Assembly (NCBI RefSeq): GCF_018977255.1
Contig: NW_024704747.1
Location: 27,032,001 to 27,096,000, forward strand
Direction of reading: 5' to 3'
DNA: 64,000 bases
Source: Callorhinchus milii
Lineage: Eukaryota
The translations under genes and the position numbers were made by a program. The notes under the pieces were generated by a model that made no database searches, had not been told where the DNA came from, and worked only from the letters and a program-made list of their open reading frames with translations. Positions 1 through 12,657 of the stretch are shown here, piece after piece. Within the stretch, counting starts at the first letter, position 1; each line of letters opens with the position of its first letter.

Positions 1-9
1 CAAACCATC

Positions 10-75
10 ATTTAAGTGCTCTGAGACGCTACCCTGTGTGAGGAGCGCTATATAAATGCAAGTTGTTGTTGTTGT
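10..75 (+). mobile_element. Isolated SINE/L2 3' tail; similar remnants near 810-900, 1590-1655, 1785-1855, 7165-7270, 8315-8420, 9580-9740, 10345-10400, 20630-20690, 42210-42270, 43815-43965, 50020-50090, 60270-60360
   Basis: Recurrent agcgc(t)ttgagacgt...gcgctatat(c)aaatgcaag followed by (ttg)n or (tta)n. Confidence 0.7.
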
Positions 76-128
76 GTGAGAGTGGTGCTGAGATTATTAA
101 ACTAGACTTTCACCATGCACCATTGTAG

Positions 129-3100
129 GGTGAACCAGGAACTTCAGGTCCTCGGGGGGCTGAAGGTGCAGCAGGGATAGGAATACAAGGAGAAAAGGTA
201 TGTTGCTGTGATGTTGGGCCAACAATGTGTCATTGCTACTGAGGTAAGTTTCAGCAATACAGGAGGTTTAAAAACTCTTGCGTCTTTAACCACAACGCTT
301 GTATCCTGCAGGGTGATTCAGGTCAGAGAGGTGTGCGAGGATTACCAGGTCCACCTGGAATAGGAGGCTCAGCTGGACCTAAGGCAAGATAGGTTTTGTT
401 TTGTTTTGTTTAATTGCCGTGTGCTTGGACGTTTGTAAATCCCACGAGGTTACTGATAACCTCTAAGACTTGTGCAAACGTTCTTCAAAGTGTAAAATTG
501 TCGATGTGTTTATTCCGCGAGACGGAACGAAGGCCCTCTAGAATTGTGAAGGAAGTCACACTTTACACCGGGCGTAACCGAGATTGTATTGGTTCATGTT
601 ACAGGGGGAACCGGGAGCTGTGGGTCGTCTCGGAATGCCTGGTCTCCCAGGACGAGGTATTATGGGGCCCAAGGTAAAATGTTAACAATATTTGTTCTTT
701 TCATAGCAAACAAAGAAACTATTAAGAAGGAAGTTGGAATTATAGTTTCATTGGGAAGTTACGAATTCTTCCAAATACATTGAACTTGAATACGTACAAC
801 AATAATACCTGCAGTTGACACAGAGTGTTATCTCGTCATCGAGATGTCTCAAAGCTCTTCACAGGATTTACTGTAAAGTGTAGTGACCGTGTAAAGGTGT
901 AATGTATAAAGTATAATTGTTTCTGAGCAACAGCATACCTTGGGAACGCAAACGGTGTATCAAAGACAGAACAGTGGAAGTGGGTGGTTTGGGGTTTTAC
1001 ATGATTAAACAGACAGCCCGGATTATAGTAAAATACTCACTGAGCAAGGTTTGTGGAGGTTTCCGTGAACATTTTCCAGTTTCTGATTTGACTGTTTTCA
1101 ACACTGCTAATACCAATAATATTGTTAACGTTATATTTAGGCATCAAATCATGAAGTGTTTTTTCATCTTATTTAGCTTACAACACAACAGGTCAACAGA
1201 AGTTAAATATTATTCGACAGTTTACTGTAGAAATGAAAAGTTTCTGATGTCATTTTTGTTTAACCACGTACTGAATCTTTTATGTTGTGTCTTTTGTGTT
1301 TAATGATTAGTGTTTGTCTTGTACAGGGAGAATTAGGTCCTCCAGGTCCCAGTGGTCCAGTCGGAGATGCTGGGATAGGAATTCCTGGTCCCAAGGTAAG
1401 ATGTGTTTGAAATCTTTAATTAGCATATTGCAAATCGAATGAAATCATCGCGGTTTCGTGGTTAGAAATGGGAAATTCTGCTCTAAATTCTAGTTTGATT
1501 CATGCGCCACATGAAGGAATTGACATCAGTGGTGACTCGATGATCACTCGATGAAAAATGGCCATTTTTACTGTTTAGCACAGCTGCTGGAAGCGCTTTT
1601 AGACATCTCGAAGACCTGATAAGGTGCTATATCAAATGCAAGGGTTATTGTTATTTGTATTAATATTAAATGTGTCTAGAGCTGCACGCATGCGTACCCA
1701 GGCAAACCGACTATTGTGACTTGCTGCTATAGTTCGGGAAGAGTTTTATAGTTCCCAAACACGATAGTTCCTGACCCAACTGTCCAGCGTTTTGGTACGT
1801 CCTCCCGACATGAAAGGCGCTCCATAAATGGAATCTTGTTGTTGTTGTTGTTGTTATAATGGGAACTCTATTGTAACAGCAGTTGAAAGCCAGACAAGGC
1901 GACAAGACCTCACAACAGAGTACAGAAACCTGAATGTATTTTATTTCATAATACGTAAATTGCGTATGACCTTGCTTAATAGATTGAGCCATTGTTTCTT
2001 ATTCTCTGTAATCGCGATCGTGTGATGTGTCATTGTTAAACCTCCTCGCACTTACAAAATGAGAACAAATGTAAGGATTTATTTTTTAGGATTTAAACCG
2101 ATGGTAGAATATAGCTATGTATTGATAAAGCCATTTTCCTGTTTATTTGTTGCACATGATTAGGGTGATCGTGGATTTGCTGGGCTGCCAGGACCAATGG
2201 GATTAAAAGGAGATGGCTATCCTGGATTACCTGTAAGGTGTTTCTATTTTGATCTTTAAACCGTGTAAAAAAAAAATTAAGATTTATTCATCTCTTTCCA
2301 TTTTCTATTATGGTTTAATGCAGTATATTATTTTTGCGACTGAACGATTTGTGATCAATACACTAACACACAAAACAAATAAAACCTTCACTGTAATGAA
2401 ATAGACAAACACAATCTTTACAAGTTGTGTGAAAATATAAAGCAAGAGGGGTTGGGTGGGGGAAGCCAGTGACTTATGCACTTATTACTCATCCTCCCCC
2501 GCTGATCAAGGGCAAAATTGGTTGTCTTGTGGCTGTCTGGGGAGCTATGAGTTCAGAATAATAATTTAATGGTTGATGCTAGTGGTAATGCTTAATGTAT
2601 GTAGTTTTCTTTTAACTGAAAGGGACTGCCAGGTGTTCAAGGCTTTCCAGGTGAGGCAGGACCTGAAGGAATTGGATTTCCAGGAGCAAAGGTGTGTAAC
2701 TACCTTTTTGTTTTCCTAATACATCATCCATAATTTGACTACCTACAATATGTAAACACTAAACTCCCGCTAAAATGGATGTTAACAAATGCTTTACTAT
2801 TAAAGTCATATGACTGTAATAATTATTTTTTCCAATCAATAGCACTTGTTATTACCAAGTATCTCCATCTTTAGAATTATTTTTCAGTCTGAAAGAATGA
2901 TCCTGGAGTGACAGAAAAATATTATTTTGTGTGTTTGTAACACTTTGAAATTGTATTTCAGGGAGATCCAGGAGTGAGAGGGCTTCCTGGCGTAGTTGGA
3001 CCTCCAGGAGATGGATTTCCTGGACCAAAGGTACTGTAAGTTACGTTTACATTACATATTACATTTCGTCATTAAAGGCCCTTACGTTCATTTATCCTCC

Positions 3101-6100
3101 AGTGGGGAAGATACTAGTTTATCAGCAACTAACAGGAGCCACGCAAAACAAAGGACAAGAAGGACAATATCAAGTTAGCCTTTCTTAAAAAAATTGTATT
3201 TTTCCAGCTTTTTTGCTTGCTATGACTCCAACCAATTATCCACTCTCTTCCCTTTGTTTGGGAGGGAACAACAGTGGAGCCCGGAAACAGTTCTGTTTTT
3301 TCCACCAGGCACATTCTGCCTTTTATCTGACGTGCTATGATTCACGTTCGAATCATATATGATCAGTCTGACACATGAAACCTATCACACCGTTCTTCAG
3401 ATAAAATAGCAAAGAATAGCAACAGCAAAGAAAGTTAGTAACGTAATTAAGCTGTTGGCTCAATGGAAACCGACATGGTAGTCACCATCAGACACAGCTG
3501 AACCAGTTACAGTGGGTGCGCCAAGTCCTGAGGATCTTTATGTTAAACAAAGTGTTTTCGATTTTAGGGGCTCGCGGGAAGTCGAGGCCCTCCTGGCCCT
3601 CAGGGACCTCCAGGGGAAGGTATTCAAGGACATAAGGTAGGGCAACGTAGAAAACAAGAACAAAATGCCCCGCATCCATTACAAAATATTGGCATTTTAT
3701 CTTTAACATTAAACTGTGGTGTAAACAAATGTAATATTAGATGTTGAATCCTGCTGTAAACTAACATTGTTATCTACCAGGGTGACCAGGGTCTTCAGGG
3801 GATACCTGGGCCTCGGGGAGCACCAGGGGAAGGAATCACAGGACCTAAGGTATGTGCAGAAATCATAGGGCCCTCAAGACTGACATGGTCACATCATAGA
3901 GATCTGCGTAATCTCTGATGCAAGAGAACCAGGATGCACGAGTGGCCAATGAGTCAAATGTCCAGGGTTAAATGTTAACACATAAACTGGGAGACGGTGG
4001 AAGAGGAAAGTGTTGATACTTTCAAAAACGAATCGGATAGATTTCTCTTGGAAGATAATATCGTGGGATACAGTACATAGTTTGGGACGTGACATGTGCA
4101 GGTAACTGCCAGGATGGTGGAAGACAAAGTGGATGGACCTCAGTCTTCTTTCATTTAGCAATGCTTATGTTCTGATGTTCTTACGAGAAAGACTTTGCTG
4201 GAGAATTTTGACGCTAACGACTTTGAGGCTGTCTCGAATCGAAAAAGATTGAAGTTAAGAAAATTAAGCAATCGTAACTTCAGCCAATAAGACTTGTTAG
4301 ATGAGTGCTTCGAGTAAAAGAAATAGGAGAATTTAGAATTAATGAAGGTTTTACTTCACGTGGCAGGGTGACCGTGGTATGTCAGGAGACAAAGGTCGGA
4401 GGGGAGATAAAGGTGAAGTGGGTGACATTGGCGCATCTGGGCTAACTGTAAGTAAATACCTGTCCTACTTTACTTTAATCGCCTCGTTGTTTCATACTCA
4501 CATTTCACTTAAAATCAAAGCACCCAATTGACCAGTTGTGCAATATTATTTGTATACATTTGATACACACATCCTGGACTGCAAGAGTTCTTGGGATTTT
4601 GTATGTTGTAGCCTTTGTCATATTCATTCAATATATTTATCCACATAACTGCGGCCCAGATACATCTGAGCTGTTTTTAAATGTGTAAATCATATTGCTC
4701 GTAAATCTATGGAAAGTGTTTTCAGGAGTTTGCTATCATTGTTCATTTTATGGGGAGCATAACAGGTCATACAGATCAGAATTAAACAAAATACTTTGAA
4801 TTGATCTGTGGCTCTCATTATTTTTTGTGATTACTTTGATTGTTTAGGGTCGAATCGGAGAAAAGGGAGAACCTGGATTAACAGTGAGTAATTATTCCTC
4901 TCACATAAAGTTATATAAATGTTAATTATATGCATTACGTGCATTACGTGGGCCAATAAAAAGTGCTCTGATTTAATATGTTGTAAATCCGAAACCTCAG
5001 GTTTCAAAATGATTGCATATCACTGTAAATGGCAACAATCCATTCATACCTAGTACTGTATAATTACTGTGTTACAAACCAAATTATATATCCAGTAGAC
5101 CACCACCAACAACAACAACAAGATTACATTTGTATCGCGCCTTTCACGTCAGGAGGACGTCCCAAGGCGCTGGACAAAGTACAGCATTTCAGACCCGAGC
5201 TGGGGTCAGGGGAGGGGGAAGGGAGGGGAAGGGAAGGAGGATGGCTGATGGCACGGTCGAAGAGGAGGGTCTTGAGGCAGGACTTGAAGGAGATTAAGGA
5301 GGGGGTGAGGCGGAGTGACTGGGGGATGGAATTCCAGAGGTTGGGGGCAGAGTGGCTGAAGGCTCTCCTGCCAATGGTGGGGCGGGTGGGTCGGGGCACG
5401 TGGAGCAGGCCAGAGCCGGCTGAGTGGAGAGAACGGGCGGGTTGGTAGGGGTTTAGGAGGTCACAGAGATAGGGTGGGGAGAGACCATTGAGGGCTTTGT
5501 AGGTGAGGACCACGACCTTGAACTGGATCCTCTGAAGGATAGGGAGCCAATGGAGTCGGGCGAGAGTGGGGGAGATGGGGTCATGGAGTTTGGTGCGGGA
5601 GAGGACACGGGCTGCAGAGTTCTGGATTATCTGCAGCTGTGGAGGGAGGAGTTGGGAAGGCCGACACGCAGGAAGTTTGCATAGTTGAGCCTCGAGGTGA
5701 TGAAGGCATGAACAAGAGTTTCAGCGACCACAGTAGTTTTAAGATGCTTCTAACTCCAGAGGATGTAATCTGGAAATATTTTTTCCCGATGAGGTGGATG
5801 ATTGATATTTACATGCATCTTGATTTTTTTTGTAAAAAGAAATCGTAAAAAATATTTGCTCTGTTCATCTTTTCTTTACATGGTATTAGAGAGATGATAT
5901 CATCAGAATAATCAAGGAAATCTGTGGTAAGTTGCCTGACGTCTTGTTTTCTCTTCTTATAATATTGTACTCACATTGCTGAATAATTGTGGGTTAAAAA
6001 AAAACTGGGACACAAAGTCAAGTGCTGCAAGTTGACCGAAAAGGGACTTCAAATTATGATCCAGATATTCAAATCCAAATTTTCATTCACACATTTTTTG

Positions 6101-9100
6101 TAGCATTATTTAAGGTTTTCTGAGGTACAGAATTTACAAGTTGGGCAATAATCTGCACTTGATTCAACTTATTATTTACTGAATTTTACTTCATTTGGAT
6201 ACAGTTGAATTTTTCTGTGACGCCATCTACCAATTGTTAATCAGGTCCATTCAATAAAATAATAGAACTTTTTTTCCCTCTAAACACAAGAACAATATTA
6301 GTTAAAGTACACAAGATATTGAGTTGAAATAGGGAGTGATCATTTAATTCTCAAACACTGCCTTCGTAACCTTTTAAATAAAACCTAAACAGCGTATGCA
6401 ACTATAATTCTGGGCAACACAATAACTGAAAGTGACTTGTGTTATCTTTTTTGGCAGGTTGTGGAATTAAATGCAAAGAAAGGCCGATGGAACTCGTCCT
6501 TGTGATTGACAGCTCAGAAAGTGTGGGACCGGATAACTTTGAGATCATAAAAGATTTTGTCACTGCCCTTGTTGACAAAGTAACAGTTGGTAGAAATGCG
6601 ACCCGAATCGGTCTGGTGCTGTACAGCTTGGAGGTACGACTGGAGTTTGGGCTGAATAGATATCTCACCCAGCAAGACGTCAAACAGGCGATTAGAAAAA
6701 TGATGTACATCGGTGAGGGCACATACACAGGAACCGCCATCCGCAAAGCGACGCAGGAAGGATTCTATGGAACCAGACCGGGTGTGAAGAAGGTTGCTAT
6801 AGTATTGACCGATGGACAGACAGATAAGAGAGAGACGGTTAAGCTGGATTTCGCTGTGCGCGAGGCTCATGCGGCTAACATTGAGATGTACGCAATCGGT
6901 ATTGTGAACACCACGGACTCAACACAAGACGAATTCTTACGTGAACTGAACCTGATTGCATCCGATCCTGATAGCGAACACATGTACCTCATCGACGATT
7001 TCAACACTCTGACAGGTGTTTGATGCTTTCTTTCGATTCGGGCCTAAAAGTCTCCTCAGCAAGTTACTCGTTTCCTACAACACAGAATTGCACTCCTAAA
7101 TTGCAGACGATGATCTTAAATCTTAGCAAAGTGACTGGGTGGAAAGTTAAAACTGAGATGATAACAATAATAATAATCCTTTTGATATTGCACCTTATCT
7201 TGTCTTTGAGACGTCTCAAATCACTTCACAGATTATACCGTAAAGTGTAGTGACTGTGTGTATTTGGGGAGGTGGTTATTTCATCGCCTTGAGATACCAT
7301 ATGAGTTTCCTCCCATTGCCCACTCATGGAGCAACTTGAGTGGATACATCAATTGCATATTATCACAAAGTATTTACCCTTATTGAAAAAGTGGGTAAAG
7401 GAGATAATAATAATAATAATAATAATAATCCTTGCATTTGATATAGCGCTTTTCACGTCGGGAGGACGTCCCAAAGCGCTTCACAGAACACACTGTAAAG
7501 TGAATTGACTGTATATTTGTGGGGCGAACGCGGCAGCCAATTGCGCACAGCAATGTCCCACAAACAGTCGCAGATTGAAAATGACCAATTTATTATTGTT
7601 TTTGGTTTTGGAGGGATTATTATTAGGCTCTGTGTGGAGTAAGGAAACTTGCCCAAGGTTTCGCCCTCTGCCTGGAATTGAACTCAGGTCTCTCGTTTGC
7701 AAAGCGAGTGCTCTAACCACTGAGCTACAGGACTCCACATGGTAACACCAATAGGGAAAATGTCACAAAGAAAGTTCTATAAATATTATCACAAAGTATT
7801 TACCCTTTTTTCCTTTGCAGCTCTGGAGTCGAAATTGGTCAGACAATTCTGTGAGGATGAAAATGGTGCTTTGATTTACAACCGAATCGGAAATGGATTA
7901 ATACCACACATAAAGCCTTTATATTCAGTGGTTTCAAGTGCCACACATGCCAGAGAGCAAACTGAACAAATTATGACAAAATACAAGCAAACAGAAGAGG
8001 CACAGGTTACTGTACAGGTGAAGCCATCGTTAACTGGAGTGACTGATGTGGGAAAAACTTCAAGGATTATTGAAGAGGTACCAGTGAATGTTGTCACTTC
8101 TTCATGATCATAAACCTTTACTAACTGCTCTGTGTTGATAAATAGTATGTGTTAACGAATATTCTTGTGCTGCACAGAAGCCAGACCCATGATTCAAAAG
8201 GTTATGGTACCACATGATAGATGAATACAACACTGAATTGAGATAGAGATTAAATTATAATACTATAAGTAATAATCTTTGCAATTCATATAGTTCTGTG
8301 TATTTTGTCCACAAAATATACAGTCAATTCACTTTACAGTATATTCTTTGAAGCGCTTTGAGACGCCTAGAAGAAGTGAAAAGCTCTATATTAAATACAA
8401 GGATGATTATTATTATTATTTGTAGGCAACTTGACAACTAATTTGCACATAGCAAAGTCCTGCAAACCACTAGGAAGCAAATAAATAACCAATTCATTGG
8501 TTTGGGAGGTTCATTGGCTAGGACACTGGAAGAAATTCCATTCTCAGTGTCGTCTCAAGTAATATTGAAACTATTTACAGCAGCATGCGAATAAAGCAAA
8601 ATGTTTTCTCCTAATATTTAATCCTATACTGTTGTTGTATAATGCAGAAACAAAAAGTGGAAGCAGATCATCATTATAAGGAAAAGGAAATCCCGAAACG
8701 TGTATCCACTTCATCTCATTCAAAAGGCAACAGTTTTCCATCAATCACTAGACAGGTTCCAAGGCTCCAAACGCAACCTGTTAAACCAGTAAAAGCATCG
8801 CCACCAGTCTCAACAGTGCTTAGACCAACATCAGGTGGGCTATATTTACCTTTTATTTATGTTTTGTACATAATATACAGGTGAAGCCATATTACTGCAG
8901 GGACTGAGCATTTAAAATGGGTTGTATCCTTTGTACCCGGCGATGTGGCTTTGAATATCAGTACAGAATCACTAAGTGAATGAAGCAAAATATTGAGCGC
9001 ATTTTCAATGTCACTTTAATTAAGCATTTAAAAAAAACTCACTTTTCAGAAACATGTGGTGATCCAGGAGGGAGAGAGAATAGAGGGACATAGAAGAGGG

Positions 9101-10581
9101 GATCAGGAATGGAGACTTGTGTGGAGTTTAAACACTGGCACAGACTAGTTAAGCAAATGCCCTATTTCTGTGCTTTTACGTTCAATGCAATTCTATGTAA
9201 CTGTGTACTGTGTGTTCTTCAATTTTTTTCCCCCATACATACAATCTTATATTTGTGCAAATTAATGTTGTAACTTGTAAACAACTTGTATCTTATTTTA
9301 GATCCGCACTGTGAGCTGCATTTAGACCAGGGGACATGTCGTAATTATATCATTAAATGGTATTATGATAAGCAGGCCAATGCTTGCGCACAGTTTTGGT
9401 ATGGCGGATGCAATGGGAATCTAAATCGTTTTGAAAATGAAGATGAATGCAGGAAGACCTGTGTGATTCTCAGTACAGGTATGATTTGTAATCTTTCCGT
9501 GAAATATTCATTCGCATCAAAGCAAGTTGCTTCAGGGAATAGGGAAGAGTAATTCTAGAAGCATTACAGCGAAATAGTCATCCTTGCATCTGATGTAGCG
9601 GCTTTTATCACGTCTTCGAGACGCCTCAAAGAGCGTCACAGAACATACAGTAAAGTGAATTGACTGCATATTTTGTGGGCGAAACCCAGCAGCCAATTGC
9701 GCACAGCAGTGTCCGACAAACCGTCGTGGATTAGGGGAACAAATTATTAGTATTTTTGGGGGGAGGGATCAATGCAACATCGATCACACAATTATTGCAG
9801 TTACTATACAGTGGGGAATACTGGATGACAGTTATAAAAATCGAAATTAACAGTCGCACTACAATCATCTCATGGGCTTCTCATAGCTTCCGAGTACATG
9901 TCATCACTGAAGTTTACAAGTTCCAGCAAGTTACTCCAACCACAATTTGGTACATTCTGCACATCTTCCTACAGAAGGATGAACCTATAATGATGAGAGT
10001 TCAGAAAAAAAATCAGTCATTATTGTGGGACTCGGTGCTCCTCATTATGATATAAAATTCGCTGACCGTACTTCGCAAGAGAAAACACTTTTTTTTTCAG
10101 AAAATTGGGAGATGACAAGGTCTAAATCTGTAAAACATTGGGAAAAATGGATCACCTTTTCAACAGGCTATTTAATTCAGCTTGTGAACCTATCAGAGAT
10201 GAGGGTACCATAAACAATTACAATTAATCTTGAGATAAATCCAAATTGTTTTGAAAATGTTGCATACAGCATAATCTGTGATAAAGTAGGCATAAATCCA
10301 CGATCTATGAACGCGCTTGATGAGCTAAATTTTCATTCCATGTTGTGAAGTGCTTTGAGACGTCTCAATGACGTAATATCAAGTGCATGGATTATTCTTA
10401 TTATGTTTTGTAGTTTTTGGTGTGTTTTTCAAACACTTCATGCAGAGAATATTTTTAATGGTAAGCTCATATATAAGTAGTATATAAATTGGTTTTTTGT
10501 TTGTTTACCAGTACAAAAAAGTGTTGTCCATGTGTTTTATATTTATAATTTAATTTTATCATTTTATCAACAGATTCCTGA
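129..10581 (+). CDS. COL28A2: Collagen type XXVIII alpha chain (probably col28a2 branch), 3' portion; 5' end lies upstream of the window
   Basis: Gly-X-Y exons at 129-197, 312-383, 605-673, 1327-1395, 2164-2232, 2623-2691, 2962-3030, 3568-3636, 3781-3849 (69 bp except one of 72), 4367-4447, 4848-4883; linker exon 5890-5926 ([13 protein letters not shown]); VWA exon 6458-7015 ([13 protein letters not shown]-type motif, VLTDG); unique-region exons 7821-~8077 and 8648-8834; Kunitz exon 9302-9478 (six Cys, FWYGGCNGN); last exon 10574-10581 ending TGA. Collagen-VWA-Kunitz C-terminal architecture is that of collagen XXVIII. The a2 assignment rests on synteny only. Confidence 0.85.
3990..4182 (+). 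mobile_element. CR1-type LINE 3' end fragment
   Basis: ...actttcaaaaacgaatcggatagatttctc...gatggacctcagtcttc... ending in a ttatgttctgatgttct short-repeat tail typical of CR1 3' ends; recognised from memory. Confidence 0.6.
5103..5735 (-). mobile_element. 5'-truncated L2-clade LINE (ORF2 C-terminus plus 3' tail)
   Basis: Minus strand encodes [15 protein letters not shown]...[12 protein letters not shown]...[30 protein letters not shown]...[15 protein letters not shown]...[10 protein letters not shown], typical of L2 ORF2 ends; tail gcgccttgggacgtcctcctgacgtgaaaggcgc...(ttg)n. Confidence 0.9.
7404..7736 (-). mobile_element. Full-length tRNA-derived SINE (young family)
   Basis: Near-identical to 56681-57014 in reverse complement; tRNA head with A and B boxes, L2-like tail, (TAT)n end. 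Confidence 0.9.
9105..9200 (+). mobile_element. CR1-type LINE/SINE 3' tail fragment
   Basis: ttgtgtggagtttaaacactggcacagactag...ctatttctgtgct...attctatgtaa resembles shark CR1-family 3' tails (from memory). Confidence 0.5.
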
Positions 10582-10879
10582 TATGCATCCCAGGCAAACT
10601 ATACCTCAGCAAATCCTGATCATATTCAAATATAAGAAAGACTGGTGTGCATTTAATACGCTATGAACAGTGTTTTGGTAGCTACTTTATAAAGATTCAA
10701 CTTGTACAAAAGTGTTAATACAGATTGCTTGCCTTTATAATAGTGTGTCTATGTAAACAGAATTCTCAGGGGTTGAAAATGCAAATTATAAATGTTTTTC
10801 GATATGTCTGCACAATTCTCTTTGAACCCCTCCAACGGTTGTGTGGGTACAGGAACAAGTTTATGCAGACAAGAGGATT

Positions 10880-11075
10880 GCAGATTCAAATCCTGGTTTA
10901 TCCTGATCTCGGCAGTAGCTGGAGGTAGGCTGCTCAAATTGCCCACAGTCCTGGGTTAGAGAGGAATAATTCACACAAGGTTTCTCCGCTGGAAGGTGCA
11001 TATACCTGGACATTAGGTAGGGACATGATTAGGGTCTTGGTTGCAATGACCTCGATAATCGGAACAACTGGCATT
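10880..11075 (+). mobile_element. Ancient, degraded SINE (AmnSINE2-like) in the putative collagen 3'UTR
   Basis: Colinear similarity to an ancient SINE body recalled from memory (ctgatctc.gc...ctggg.tag.gagg...gctggaa.gtgc...ggaca.gat); not verified by a search. Confidence 0.45.
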
Positions 11076-11727
11076 AGTGAAACCATTCCAATTAGAAGGA
11101 AAAAGGAGTCAAATGCCTTTAGGGGAGAAGGGGCAAAGAAAATTGGAGGAGAAAAATGGTCCAAAAAAGATTCTTCGCAATAATTTTGAACATCAATTTG
11201 GATAAGATCAAATTTTTATTTGCATTTAAATCTGTATTCTATTGTTCAATGTTGGGAATGTTAATTTTCCTGGTTACAAAGAAGGAAGGTTTAACAGTTA
11301 CACCTGAAAGCATTGAGTTTACTAATTGTTTGATATCTATGCAACAATTCTAGCATTTGGTTTGTGTTATTTCCTCAAACTTCTGAAACGGTATTTGTCA
11401 CAAGAAAGCGATAACATGAATTTTACGCGTTGTTATCTGATAAACATTTTTAACCACTGTACTCTGATGGTAAAGTAGTTTAAACAGTTGACAAGAGTAT
11501 TATTAAATGTTTATCAAATGTCTAGTTTATGAAGTATGCCTTTGTTCATCTGGATGTAAATTGACTGAAACAACTACTTGTTTTGAGAAATTAAAGCACT
11601 GACTCCTTCTTACAGATCGCTGGAAAGTTTCCATGATACGTACTAAAGTGTGAGGCCTTACCGAGTACATACTGTGTTTGAATGATCCAAAGTATTTCTG
11701 GGTAGTAATGTGCTACTAAGTGTGTTA

Positions 11728-11733
11728 AATAAA
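11728..11733 (+). other. Candidate polyadenylation signal of the collagen XXVIII gene
   Basis: AATAAA ~1.15 kb after the stop codon, followed by T/GT-rich sequence. Confidence 0.45.
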
Positions 11734-12520
11734 CTGTACGCGTTTATACATTTGCTCTCTGTCACCCTTGTGAATTAACGCATCCACTGTTAAATATTAA
11801 GAGTAAAGTTATCACTAAGAGAGAAAAAAAGATGAAGGGAAAGAGGGACACTGAATGCGCAGGAAGAGTTGAGCTGGGAAACATGTCAGGAATTGCTGGG
11901 AGATTTGTTCACTCAGCGAACTAAATACTTTCAGGGTCAGGGTCGTACTTTCAGACCTTTATTTGAAGCAATGGTCTATTTTCCACTCAACTGCTGTTCC
12001 TTGGGCTCAAACGCATTCACCCACACTGTCCGGTCGTCTTTCTCGCATTCACCCTTGGCTTTACACATAGCCTGAGGTCCTTACGAGTCACGTCTGATAG
12101 TATCAGTGGAGCAGCTGTGACTGTTACGTATCTGGAGAAAATTCTACTGTTTGCTGTTGTACTATATGAGTTTTTCTTTTAAAAAAAACATCCGGCACAA
12201 TTCGTAACCTCAAATGTTTATGAGTAAAAAGTATTTGCATTCTTCCAAAGTGAGATATAACGTTAAGATAATTAATTACTCGCGTACGTAATCTATATCT
12301 ACTCATCACAATGCAACGATCAGCAATGAGATCGACAAGCAAATAACGGGGTGTATTTAAATCAAACCCCTGATCAGATTAAATCCTATTTACCTATTTT
12401 TTTTATCCAGTTACAAAGCTTTACTATTCGAAAAAGCTATTTCATGTCCAGCCGCCCTGTACAGGTGGTCTGTAACCCGTGGACTGCAACTGAACCATTT
12501 GTGCTATATCAAGTGCCGGG

Positions 12521-12559
<39 letters not shown>

Positions 12560-12657
12560 TGTATCCATGACTTAAGGCTCAGGAACTGGACGACCAAGAC
12601 TGTCACAGAGGAATGACATGACGTTCACATTCCGTTGCCAAACATAGTACCTGGGAC

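Noticed and set aside
8178-8200. Possible micro-exon between collagen exons 7821-8077 and 8648-8834
   Set aside because: In the phase required by the upstream donor it contains an in-frame TGA.
12235-12316. TTGCAT...ATGCAA short inverted repeat near the left end of the triplicated unit, a possible second template-switch site
   Set aside because: A 6-mer pair is common by chance, and the sequence after the gap (31204-31274) does not match the predicted spacer.
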